Positions 15,516 through 23,431 of a DNA stretch of 36,782 nt are shown in pieces. Position 1 is the stretch's first letter, and every line of letters begins with the position of its first letter. The stretch is from positions 1-36,782 of the IMG/VR virus record IMGVR_UViG_3300032253_000017; one strand, given 5' to 3'. The notes beneath the pieces are model-generated. The model had not been told where the DNA came from. It saw only the letters and a list, made by a program, of their open reading frames with translations, and ran no database searches. This DNA is from a virus. Both the position numbers and the translations under genes were made by a program.

Positions 15516-16116
15516 AAATCACCCCCGTTGAGCTTTCTTTCAAAGTTAAGCATTACAGATGTATCATTTTTGCTTTTGTTTGAATCTAAAAGGTTTGAAA
15601 TCTCTATGTAGTCCAAGTTCCAAGCCTCCGAAGGTGATATTTTTAAATGGTTAACACAAAGTCTAAAGAAAGCCCAAAAGTCGAAATCAAACCTTTCTAG
15701 CTTTTTATTTATTACTCTGCGATAACCTGCTTTTTTTCAGTTATGCCTTCTAGAAAGTCTTGCTCAATCTCTGTTGCTAGGCCAACTAAAACCAAAGTCC
15801 AAGGCGAGCAAAAAGCATCATCAACTTTGTTTGGCATGATCCCAACTCTAAACATAGAATCTTCAATCTCAGAAAATGGAATGTCTTTGCCTGATCCTTT
15901 GACAAGGTGATAAAAGGCATATGCAGACAATTCAAAATCACAAGCTGAATATATAGAGTTTATCCTTCCCCTTATATTCATTCCTTCGCTATCAGCCCAA
16001 ACCTCTAACACTTTAGACAAGGTAAACATTAAATCTTCACCAGTATCTTTTTTAAATCCCTTTAGTGCTTTTAATGATAATTTATGCTCATATTCTTTAT
16101 AGCATAACTTAAACAT
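15497..16116 (-). CDS. Tail assembly chaperone G-T fusion via a -1 programmed frameshift (about 206 aa)
   Basis: After a slip at 15736-15730, the -1 frame stays open for 78 codons (...LERFDFDFWAFFRLCVNHLKISPSEAWNLDYIEISNLL...) to TAG at 15497-15499. Confidence 0.7.
15712..16116 (-). CDS. Tail assembly chaperone (G-like), 134 aa
   Basis: Sits between the tail tube and tape measure. Ends 6 codons after an in-frame A_AAA_AAG slippery heptamer. Confidence 0.75.
   Translation of the reverse strand: MFKLCYKEYEHKLSLKALKGFKKDTGEDLMFTLSKVLEVWADSEGMNIRGRINSIYSACDFELSAYAFYHLVKGSGKDIPFSEIEDSMFRVGIMPNKVDDAFCSPWTLVLVGLATEIEQDFLEGITEKKQVIAE
15730..15736 (-). promoter_or_regulatory. -1 ribosomal slippery heptamer A_AAA_AAG
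   Basis: The minus strand reads GAA AAA AAG in the G frame. The frame was checked from ATG 16116 (378 nt = 126 codons). Confidence 0.7.
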
Positions 16117-16538
16117 TAGGTTACCGCTGCCGTATGCGTTACTGCGCCACTAGAGTTAAACGATAAAGCTGTCGTTACTTTTACGCCCATGCCAATAGTG
16201 TCAGTTAATCCAGTAGGGAAAAATGAACCGCTAAACGATTCATCGGTAGTCGCATCGCTAACAAATGTTAATGTGTACGTGTCACTTGAGCCACTAAATA
16301 CATCAGCGCGAACTTTTCTAAACTGAGTATCGTTGTTATAAGTGAATTCACCAGCAAATATATGTTGCTTGCCTGCGTTTTCGCCTTCCATGTATGTAAT
16401 TGAATCACCGTTAGACTGGTTTGATGTCTCAATCAGTGTTCCACCATAGGTGTGAGTTAACGAGCCTTGGCCTACTATCTCACCTGTACCATTTTGAACT
16501 ATACACGGAGTGCCGTTTATTTCGCCTGAACTAGCCAT
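16116..16538 (-). CDS. Major tail (tube) protein, 140 aa
   Basis: Beta-rich 140-aa ORF between the tail terminator and the chaperone, the classic siphovirus position. Confidence 0.6.
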   Translation of the reverse strand: MASSGEINGTPCIVQNGTGEIVGQGSLTHTYGGTLIETSNQSNGDSITYMEGENAGKQHIFAGEFTYNNDTQFRKVRADVFSGSSDTYTLTFVSDATTDESFSGSFFPTGLTDTIGMGVKVTTALSFNSSGAVTHTAAVT

Positions 16539-16548
16539 AATATTTACC

Positions 16549-16962
16549 TTACCTGTTAGAAAATGTTAAATAGTTAATTGTAATATCTCTTTTAAACCAT
16601 GGATCATCAATAGCACCATCATTCAAAGTAGATTCTAAAATATCAACATCTTGATCACTAAATGAAACAGTTGTTGTATTTTTAAAAGCAGACAATATTA
16701 AATCAACCTTTGATAGTTGTATATTATCATAATCAGCGCTGTTAGACCTCACAAATATACTTACTTGTAAAAACCCTCGCTGTTCCTCTGCATTTGACAA
16801 TGACTGACCAGTACCTTCCGTTGTTACAGGCATAAAATAAGCCGCATACCATAAGTCTTTATCTTTTGGGTCGAAATATCTATTTTCAAAGGCTACATCT
16901 GAACTGCTAACAACTGTCAATAGTTGCTGTATTAACGCTTGCTTAGTGTTTAAATACGACAT
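16549..16962 (-). CDS. Tail terminator protein (gpU/DUF4128-like)
   Basis: VAFENRYFDPKDKDLWYAAYFMPV...RGFLQVSIFV matches the DUF4128 pattern as recalled. Synteny agrees. Confidence 0.6.
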   Translation of the reverse strand: MSYLNTKQALIQQLLTVVSSSDVAFENRYFDPKDKDLWYAAYFMPVTTEGTGQSLSNAEEQRGFLQVSIFVRSNSADYDNIQLSKVDLILSAFKNTTTVSFSDQDVDILESTLNDGAIDDPWFKRDITINYLTFSNR

Positions 16963-17333
16963 TAAAGCACCCTTAATTTATTTTGCATTCTAATTATAGC
17001 CTTTCTTACCCAGCCGTCAGGTGCTTGAGTACTGAATCCGTTTGTTGTTTTTTGTCCGCCGGGTACTGGAAACCCACCAAATTCAAGTTTATTTATATAT
17101 GGCATGTTATTAATCAACGTAAACCTCTTACCTAATACGACTTTAGGCAACACTTCTGCATTTCCAGACCAGTTATTCCTTGCTCTACCTGTATCTACTG
17201 GAGTTTCTTTTATTATTTCCCTAACACCAATAAAGAATATTTTTCTAACATCGCTGTTTATTGATTTTTTAGTGTTATTAACTGCTTTCTTGACGTTGCT
17301 TAACCCATGTATAGGCATAATTAAGCCCTGCAT
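16962..17333 (-). CDS. HK97 gp10-like neck/tail-completion protein
   Basis: VDTGRARNNW motif, about 120 aa, in the neck module. The alternative start is ATG 17318. Confidence 0.6.
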   Translation of the reverse strand: MQGLIMPIHGLSNVKKAVNNTKKSINSDVRKIFFIGVREIIKETPVDTGRARNNWSGNAEVLPKVVLGKRFTLINNMPYINKLEFGGFPVPGGQKTTNGFSTQAPDGWVRKAIIRMQNKLRVL

Positions 17334-17674
17334 ATAATTTTATAGATAACATCAACACCAGCAGGACTAACATTTATAATGCTGATAATTTTATGGTTAG
17401 TAGATCCAATTAATACAGTATCATTCATTAATGGCTTAACGTCACTAGATGTTATAACCATTCTATCAGTTGACTCTACTAAACCATCTGCAATCAAATC
17501 ACTTCCTACCGCTAAATCTACAGCAGTTAAGCTAAAGCTTTCAGTGGTTATCGTGCCACCTGTTATCGGGTCAGTTGCTCCGCTTGGTCTATTTAATTTA
17601 ACGTGACCAAATGAACCGAACCTATCAAGCATCCGTTTAGCGCTTGCTGCTTTGTTAGCGTAGTTTACTGTCAT
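17321..17674 (-). CDS. Head closure / head-tail joining protein (SPP1 gp16-like)
   Basis: 117 aa, beta-barrel-like pattern, positioned after the adaptor. Confidence 0.5.
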   Translation of the reverse strand: MTVNYANKAASAKRMLDRFGSFGHVKLNRPSGATDPITGGTITTESFSLTAVDLAVGSDLIADGLVESTDRMVITSSDVKPLMNDTVLIGSTNHKIISIINVSPAGVDVIYKIICRA

Positions 17675-18459
17675 ACTCTAACCAGCATATCAGTAGGCTT
17701 TAATAGCACAGATAACTGAGCGTTTACGCGCTGTAAATTAACCGTTGTCATACTTCCACCTGAAAAGTATTCAGTTTCTAATACGTCAACTTTCTCTGAC
17801 TTGATATTGTCATTTGATGAATTAGTTAATAGTGAGTTAGATGTAGCATATACAGCAGCTTCAAATTGAGCATTCTTTAGCTCTTGCGGTATGGCTGTAG
17901 ATGATAAGTTGTAGCCGTACATATAAACACCTACACGCGGATATAACAAACTCTGAGTTGAGCTAGACCTAATGCCTTGCATGTTACATTCAACTGAGCG
18001 TAGATAGTCCATTGCCGCAATTAAATCAGATTCACGCTCTGGTTGCGTTGCTGATACAGATAAGCCCTTTAAATTAGTATAGGCTTTATATTCAGCATCG
18101 GTAACGAATGAATTAGAATTTGCAACTTGAGTACCGTCTTCAATAATTAACTGTGAACCAACAGCGACAATAATTTGTGCTAGGTTTGATAGTTCCTGAC
18201 TAGTTATGTCTGTTCCGTTAGTGCTTGCACCATCAAAATAAGTAGCAGTTAGAAATATTCTACCTACCTCACTGGTTGCAGATAAATCTAAGCTTAATTG
18301 TGTTGCGCTATCAACAACAACGATAGTCGGATCTAACAATAAGCTATATGACTCACTACCGAATAATATCTTTAAGTCTGTAGCCAAAGTCAAATCAACG
18401 CCTGAGAATGTCAGCACAACTTTATTATCTTTATTTGGTATTACTAAATTTTGTGACAT
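17671..18459 (-). CDS. Head-tail adaptor (gp6/DnaT-like connector domain) with an N-terminal extension
   Basis: The C-terminal half, AEYKAYTNLKG...ESDLIAAMDYLRS...LLYPRVG...IPQELKNAQFEAAVYA, fits the head-tail connector family pattern as recalled. Confidence 0.55.
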   Translation of the reverse strand: MSQNLVIPNKDNKVVLTFSGVDLTLATDLKILFGSESYSLLLDPTIVVVDSATQLSLDLSATSEVGRIFLTATYFDGASTNGTDITSQELSNLAQIIVAVGSQLIIEDGTQVANSNSFVTDAEYKAYTNLKGLSVSATQPERESDLIAAMDYLRSVECNMQGIRSSSTQSLLYPRVGVYMYGYNLSSTAIPQELKNAQFEAAVYATSNSLLTNSSNDNIKSEKVDVLETEYFSGGSMTTVNLQRVNAQLSVLLKPTDMLVRV

Positions 18460-19953
18460 TTATAAATCATCCTGTACTGTTATTGATGCACTCATTTCTG
18501 ATGCTGAACCACTACTTACTTTTGCAGCAACACAAACTATATCGCCCGGCAATATTCCTGCTGACAGGCTGTTGATATCAATCTGAACCAGTGAAGTAGC
18601 TTTTACATTGTATGCAGCCACAATAGTACCACTAACATCAACAGAACTTGTAGAGGTTTCAGCCAGCCTAGTGTCACCATGAGATATAAACTCTAACGCC
18701 TGACCTGTCGCAACAATAGGGTTTATTATTATAACAAATTCTGCTGTTTTAGTTGTGTCAGTTGATAGTATTATGCTCTTTATTAAAAGCTCTGCTCTAT
18801 TAGCCGTTAGAAAATAAGTGAGCCTATTCTGTATACTCAAAACTGACGTAAGTGCAGTACCTACATTTAATTGCGTATGGTTTACGCCAAACCTGTCACC
18901 ATCTGGAACGATTTTTCCCTCGACAAATATAGCGCCAGATGCGCCCTGTGTAACTATATCTGTATTGTTACCTTTATTTCTTGCTGCCCATCCAATTCTA
19001 AATATCGGGTTTTTAACGCTAGGTTTTGTTTCTGTGTTTGCATAGCGTATAACATGTACTAATTCAAAGTTAGCTGTTTTTTGGTTTTCTATGTAATACT
19101 TTATACCGCCAAAGCCAAGGTATTGTATTTGCACTTGGTATACATTTCCTAGAGTTGGGTCTATATCAATATCAGGGTTAACATTCCAGTCTGCTTTTTT
19201 AACCCATGTTTCAGATGGTATCGTTCCGTTTGCTATTTCTGTGAACACACCAACAGCAGTATTACTAGTAAAAGAGAATGCACCTGCACCGAAATCAGGT
19301 AATTGTGCTAGTACCTCGACACCATCGCCAACAGATGAAAAATCATAACCTAAAACCTGAGTTTTTAACGATTCAGACACCTCGTAAGCATTGTGCTCTG
19401 GCGTTCCTGCTGTAAGTGGTACTGCATAAATATTACCATCAATAACAACTATTGCACTTTCATCAACTGTCGCGCCAGTGGTTATTTTTAAATCTTGATG
19501 CTCTAAAAAGCCATCTCTAGAATGAACTAGACCAAACTCATCCCCGTTATAACCAAAAGCAAAAGAACTTTCTGATGTTATAAACCCTGCTTGTTGTGTG
19601 CTGTTTATTTTTCCCTGCGTAAATAACGCAGTAAACCTAGACAATAAGCCTTGCCCTGCTCTGTATGTAGCCTGCTTTGATGATACTATTGCAGATACGT
19701 TGCTTATCCCTACGCCAGTAGAAGCCACAAACTTAGAATCAACGCTTGATGTTGAGCCCCCTAAATTAGCCGTTACAACGTCGCTTCTTAATCCATACTG
19801 TGCTGTTACTTGTAATACTGGAGACATTTGAGCTACTTGCAGCTCACCGAAAGCAGAGGTTGCCGCAGTATTTTCGACCTTTAGTCTACCTTGTTCGCTT
19901 ATCAATTCAGAAGGTAATCCCTCTTTATCGTGAATCGTACTAGTGCAAGTCAC
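18460..19953 (-). CDS. Large unassigned virion-module protein, 497 aa
   Basis: Long ORF translationally coupled (ATGA/TAATG overlaps) between the capsid-proximal small genes and the adaptor. No motif recognised. Confidence 0.6.
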   Translation of the reverse strand: MTCTSTIHDKEGLPSELISEQGRLKVENTAATSAFGELQVAQMSPVLQVTAQYGLRSDVVTANLGGSTSSVDSKFVASTGVGISNVSAIVSSKQATYRAGQGLLSRFTALFTQGKINSTQQAGFITSESSFAFGYNGDEFGLVHSRDGFLEHQDLKITTGATVDESAIVVIDGNIYAVPLTAGTPEHNAYEVSESLKTQVLGYDFSSVGDGVEVLAQLPDFGAGAFSFTSNTAVGVFTEIANGTIPSETWVKKADWNVNPDIDIDPTLGNVYQVQIQYLGFGGIKYYIENQKTANFELVHVIRYANTETKPSVKNPIFRIGWAARNKGNNTDIVTQGASGAIFVEGKIVPDGDRFGVNHTQLNVGTALTSVLSIQNRLTYFLTANRAELLIKSIILSTDTTKTAEFVIIINPIVATGQALEFISHGDTRLAETSTSSVDVSGTIVAAYNVKATSLVQIDINSLSAGILPGDIVCVAAKVSSGSASEMSASITVQDDL

Positions 19954-20228
19954 TGACGAATACCAGCTTCAATACTCGGTAGTATTGAGTTTTCAAGTGA
20001 TAGCCTCACTTTTTCACCGCTAACTAAATACCTAATCAATCTACCGGGAGCTGTTAGGTTATCAACAGTAAACCAATTAACACCGTTGTCTGGTGATGCC
20101 TCTAGCGACAAACAACCACCGCCAAAATCACCAGTAGCAAAGAACATGTATTCAATACTTAAAGGTACGTTTGATAGCTTACTGACACCATCAGCGCTAA
20201 ACGAATTATCTACGGTTAATACGCTCAT
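19950..20228 (-). CDS. Hypothetical beta-rich head-module protein, 92 aa
   Basis: ORF coupled on both sides. Possibly a decoration-type protein, judged by position only. Confidence 0.5.
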   Translation of the reverse strand: MSVLTVDNSFSADGVSKLSNVPLSIEYMFFATGDFGGGCLSLEASPDNGVNWFTVDNLTAPGRLIRYLVSGEKVRLSLENSILPSIEAGIRQ

Positions 20229-20386
20229 TATTTTTTAGCTGATCTTGACGTTTTTACTTCAACAACAGCGCCAGCATCAAGCAATGATTGAACTAATTTT
20301 TTGTCGCAATCACAAACACCTTTATTATCGAACTTTAGGCCGTATTCAGTGCAATCTTTTTTCTTTGTTTTAAGTGATACTTTCAT
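20228..20386 (-). CDS. Hypothetical basic protein, 52 aa
   Basis: Hand translation MKVSLKTKKKDCTEYGLKFDNKGVCDCDKKLVQSLLDAGAVVEVKTSRSAKK. TAATG overlap with the next gene. Confidence 0.45.
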   Translation of the reverse strand: MKVSLKTKKKDCTEYGLKFDNKGVCDCDKKLVQSLLDAGAVVEVKTSRSAKK

Positions 20387-20410
20387 TGTGACACCTCATG
20401 TAAATATTAT

Positions 20411-20432
20411 AAAAAGCACTCATAGAATGCTT
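20411..20432 (-). terminator. Weak stem-loop after the major capsid gene (AAGCA-N9-TGCTT followed by a T-rich tail)
   Basis: 5-bp stem read by hand. Possibly an attenuator. Weak. Confidence 0.25.
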
Positions 20433-20444
20433 TCTAAATACTTA

Positions 20445-21383
20445 CTAAGCTTGCAATGAAGTTAAGCGAGCTAGACCTTTACGGTTAAAGTTTACAAAGT
20501 TACTGTAAGACTTAACGCGAGTAATAGACTCGTCTTTAGTCTCAGCAAGACCAACCATGTCAACTTGAACGCCTACAGGGATTCCATCAGGGTGAATCAT
20601 TGATTGACCAATTTTTGCTGATCCATCATCAAAACAACCAGCGTAAATAGAAGTTAATGCGCCAGTAGTTAATGCAGCACCGTTAGCGGTTTCAGTTGAT
20701 GTGATGTAATCGTTTTGGAACATCGGAATGCCATTGTAAACATCAATGTTACGTGTACGACCGTTACCCATATCGAAAGCCATTGTCTCGTTTACACCAC
20801 CTAAAGCACGAACCAATGCACGATATTTACGCAATTGAACACCGTTAGCTAATAAATAATCAACTTCGCCATCTTTAGCTTTAACCAAATCAAGCAATTC
20901 ATCTAATAACTCAAACGATAACGCTTGTCCTGCCGATGCAGCAGTATACTGACCAGCATCACACAATGTATGATAAGAATGCAATTCAGGGCTTGTGCCT
21001 GTTCCAGAAGCCATACCTGTTTGCAGTAAACGACCAACAGACTTGGCCTTACTAGATACTTCTGCCATTAGTTGATCTACGCCACCTGATAATGATTGCG
21101 CTTGTACTAAGCCGTTCATTTCAGCATCACCAATAGTGGTAACTGCTGTATAAGGTGTCTGGATTGCTGTACTTGCAGCTTTAGCAGTAATAGTGCCACC
21201 GATAGCTAAGTGCTGTGCATCGCCAAGCGTATCTTCACGGTTGACTAGGATTGCTTGACCTGCGTAACCAGTCCAAGGCATTACTTGCCAGATAGGGTTA
21301 GTTGTAATGATATCTTCTACTACACCAGCAACAATTTCGTTGTTGATGAATTTTTTTGCTTCGCTCAAAGTTTGAGTAGCCAT
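20445..21383 (-). CDS. Major capsid protein (HK97-fold type), 312 aa
   Basis: Follows the scaffold gene. Size, composition and the preceding promoter-like element fit a major capsid gene. The family was not identified precisely. Confidence 0.75.
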   Translation of the reverse strand: MATQTLSEAKKFINNEIVAGVVEDIITTNPIWQVMPWTGYAGQAILVNREDTLGDAQHLAIGGTITAKAASTAIQTPYTAVTTIGDAEMNGLVQAQSLSGGVDQLMAEVSSKAKSVGRLLQTGMASGTGTSPELHSYHTLCDAGQYTAASAGQALSFELLDELLDLVKAKDGEVDYLLANGVQLRKYRALVRALGGVNETMAFDMGNGRTRNIDVYNGIPMFQNDYITSTETANGAALTTGALTSIYAGCFDDGSAKIGQSMIHPDGIPVGVQVDMVGLAETKDESITRVKSYSNFVNFNRKGLARLTSLQA

Positions 21384-21498
21384 AATTTTTATACCTTTAA
21401 ATTGTTAATTTCAAGGCACAAAAAATGCCATGAGTTTTCACTTCATAGCACCGCTATATTGAATAAGTTTGTTGATAGATCACCGAGCCATTAAACTA

Positions 21499-21527
21499 AT
21501 TATACTCTTGTAGTCTATTTTATACAA
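21499..21527 (-). promoter_or_regulatory. Candidate sigma70-like promoter TTGTAT-N17-TATAAT upstream of the capsid gene
   Basis: Read on the minus strand in the 144-nt scaffold-capsid gap: -35 at 21527-21522 and -10 at 21504-21499. Confidence 0.4.
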
Positions 21528-22214
21528 CTAACCTAACAACTTAGCATATGCAGCCCGTTTAGCTGTGCCATCGTTACTGTGTTGGTGATTGTCGTTTCCG
21601 TTACCTTTGCCGCCATTAGATTGTATTTTAAATATTTCTGGCTGGCTTGCTACGAATTCAGATACCGTCAAATTACCGTCAGCACCTGTCAAAATATTGT
21701 CACCTTCTCTAGCTACCACTTGACCATTATCAATACTAAACTTAGATTTAATCTGAGCCATGACAGAGTCAAAAGCATCGGGGTTAATCTTGTGTTCACC
21801 GAAAGCTTTCGTTGCTGCGCCTTCAATCTCATGTTTAGCGATGAGTGAATTGTAATTTCCTGAGCTATCATCTAATTGCTTAGTTAAGATGTTAATCTTG
21901 GCTTCATAATCAGATTTCATAACACTTGTGTTTTCAGCTAGCAGCGTGTCAAACTCACCCTTATCTATTAGCTCTTTGTCTCGAAGTTTGCGCTCTTGCT
22001 CTTCTAGTTTTCGATACTTTTCTATGTCTACGCCTTTGAACTGCTCTTGTTGCTTTAGTAGGTCAACATTTGTACTTCTGAATTCGTCAATCTTTGACTT
22101 ATCAACAGCACCATCTACTTGTAGTTGATAACCATCACCAGTTTGTGCGTAGAATGTTTTTTCTGCATCGCTTAACTTTTCGAAATCTTCTGAGCTTAGT
22201 TTAAATTTTAACAT
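21528..22214 (-). CDS. Scaffolding protein, 228 aa
   Basis: Helical, charged, coiled-coil-like ORF between the MuF-like gene and the capsid gene. Confidence 0.65.
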   Translation of the reverse strand: MLKFKLSSEDFEKLSDAEKTFYAQTGDGYQLQVDGAVDKSKIDEFRSTNVDLLKQQEQFKGVDIEKYRKLEEQERKLRDKELIDKGEFDTLLAENTSVMKSDYEAKINILTKQLDDSSGNYNSLIAKHEIEGAATKAFGEHKINPDAFDSVMAQIKSKFSIDNGQVVAREGDNILTGADGNLTVSEFVASQPEIFKIQSNGGKGNGNDNHQHSNDGTAKRAAYAKLLG

Positions 22215-22253
22215 TATTTAACCCTCTGGGTTGCTGGTGTCACACTGTGACGT

Positions 22254-23300
22254 TTATAAATCTGCTTCTTCCCATGATGTTGGGTATTTAATTTTTAACT
22301 GGTCAAGTGTTAATGTTTGACCTCTGTTATTAACAAACTGATCCATTGTTAAATCACCTTTGCGAAATAACTCCGCTCTAGCATCTCCTAATACATCAAC
22401 CTGAAAACTCTTTGATTGCTTTGCTAGCCAATCATTGTAATTTAAGTCTGCACTTACCTGTCCGTCTTTACTAGCACGTTTACCGCCTGTTTTCTTCTTA
22501 ATTAGTTTTTTACCACTTACCGTCACTTCATCTTCAAATAATGGTGTTGTGGTGCTACGGCAATTTGGGTGTGCTGGTGGTAGCCTGCCTTTTCCAACTC
22601 GATATACTTTACCATCTAAACTTCTGCATATTGTAGATGTTCTGCCGTCTAAAGTAGATACCCACTCATAGAAAGGCACAATATCAATGTTATCTTCAAA
22701 CGTTTTATTTTTAGCGACTGCTGATGTATGGGCTAAAGCAGTCCTAACCATTCTTTCACCACTGGTTCGTGTGACGTTTAAAATTCCGTTCTTATAATTC
22801 TGTGATTTAGTACCTATAATGCCCTGTACGATATCTTGTGTTGTTTTGCCTTCAAAAAAACCCATTGATACAGCATCTTTCACCATCCTAGCCTGCGTTG
22901 TACTGAATTCTTTCAGGTAATCTTTTAATAGTTTATTATTAAATGGTCTAGCATTGACTGCTGCATATAATTGAGTTGGTGATGGTATCTTTGTATTAAA
23001 TAAATCATCTTGTAAATCAATAGTTGATGCTGCAAATTCAGATTCACTTTCTGCAAACATTTCTATCTGCTCTGTTAGTTCAGCAGTAAAGCCCGTTAAT
23101 TCATTATTTACTAAATCTTCTGTAAATGATAATAAGCGCTCTATTCTAGCTTGTGAGTGTACCGTTTGAGTTTTAGTTAACTCTAGACGTAAGCTTCTGG
23201 ATATACGCCTTAAATAAGGCATTAACTTGTCGGCTTCACCGTTATAGTATTGTTCCAAAAAGTGAGCGTGACGGCTATAAATATCAGTAGGAGTTGGCAC
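22254..23300 (-). CDS. Minor head / head morphogenesis protein (Mu F / SPP1 gp7 family)
   Basis: WVSTLDGRTSTICRSLDGKVY...PPAHPNCRSTT is the characteristic MuF motif. Apparent GTG start. Confidence 0.8.
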   Translation of the reverse strand: MPTPTDIYSRHAHFLEQYYNGEADKLMPYLRRISRSLRLELTKTQTVHSQARIERLLSFTEDLVNNELTGFTAELTEQIEMFAESESEFAASTIDLQDDLFNTKIPSPTQLYAAVNARPFNNKLLKDYLKEFSTTQARMVKDAVSMGFFEGKTTQDIVQGIIGTKSQNYKNGILNVTRTSGERMVRTALAHTSAVAKNKTFEDNIDIVPFYEWVSTLDGRTSTICRSLDGKVYRVGKGRLPPAHPNCRSTTTPLFEDEVTVSGKKLIKKKTGGKRASKDGQVSADLNYNDWLAKQSKSFQVDVLGDARAELFRKGDLTMDQFVNNRGQTLTLDQLKIKYPTSWEEADL

Positions 23301-23333
23301 TAGGGCTTTTACCTGTAGAGTTTGAGAAATATC

Positions 23334-23371
23334 TTGCGGCAGATATGACTTTTAACGCCATACTGCCGCAA
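23334..23371 (-). promoter_or_regulatory. 9-bp perfect inverted repeat TTGCGGCAG-N20-CTGCCGCAA in the 131-nt portal-MuF gap
   Basis: Arms at 23334-23342 and 23363-23371, checked by hand. Confidence 0.45.
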
Positions 23372-23431
23372 TTACATTTACAGTTTAACTGGTTGTCATT
23401 GGCAAAACGCTCAAATGTAACGCCAGTCTCT

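Noticed and set aside
17104-19831. Assorted + strand ORFs (17104-17337, 17379-17606, 18818-19062, 19598-19831) in the neck/head region
   Set aside because: All are antisense to long, coupled minus-strand structural genes. They are short, hydrophobic or low-complexity translations.
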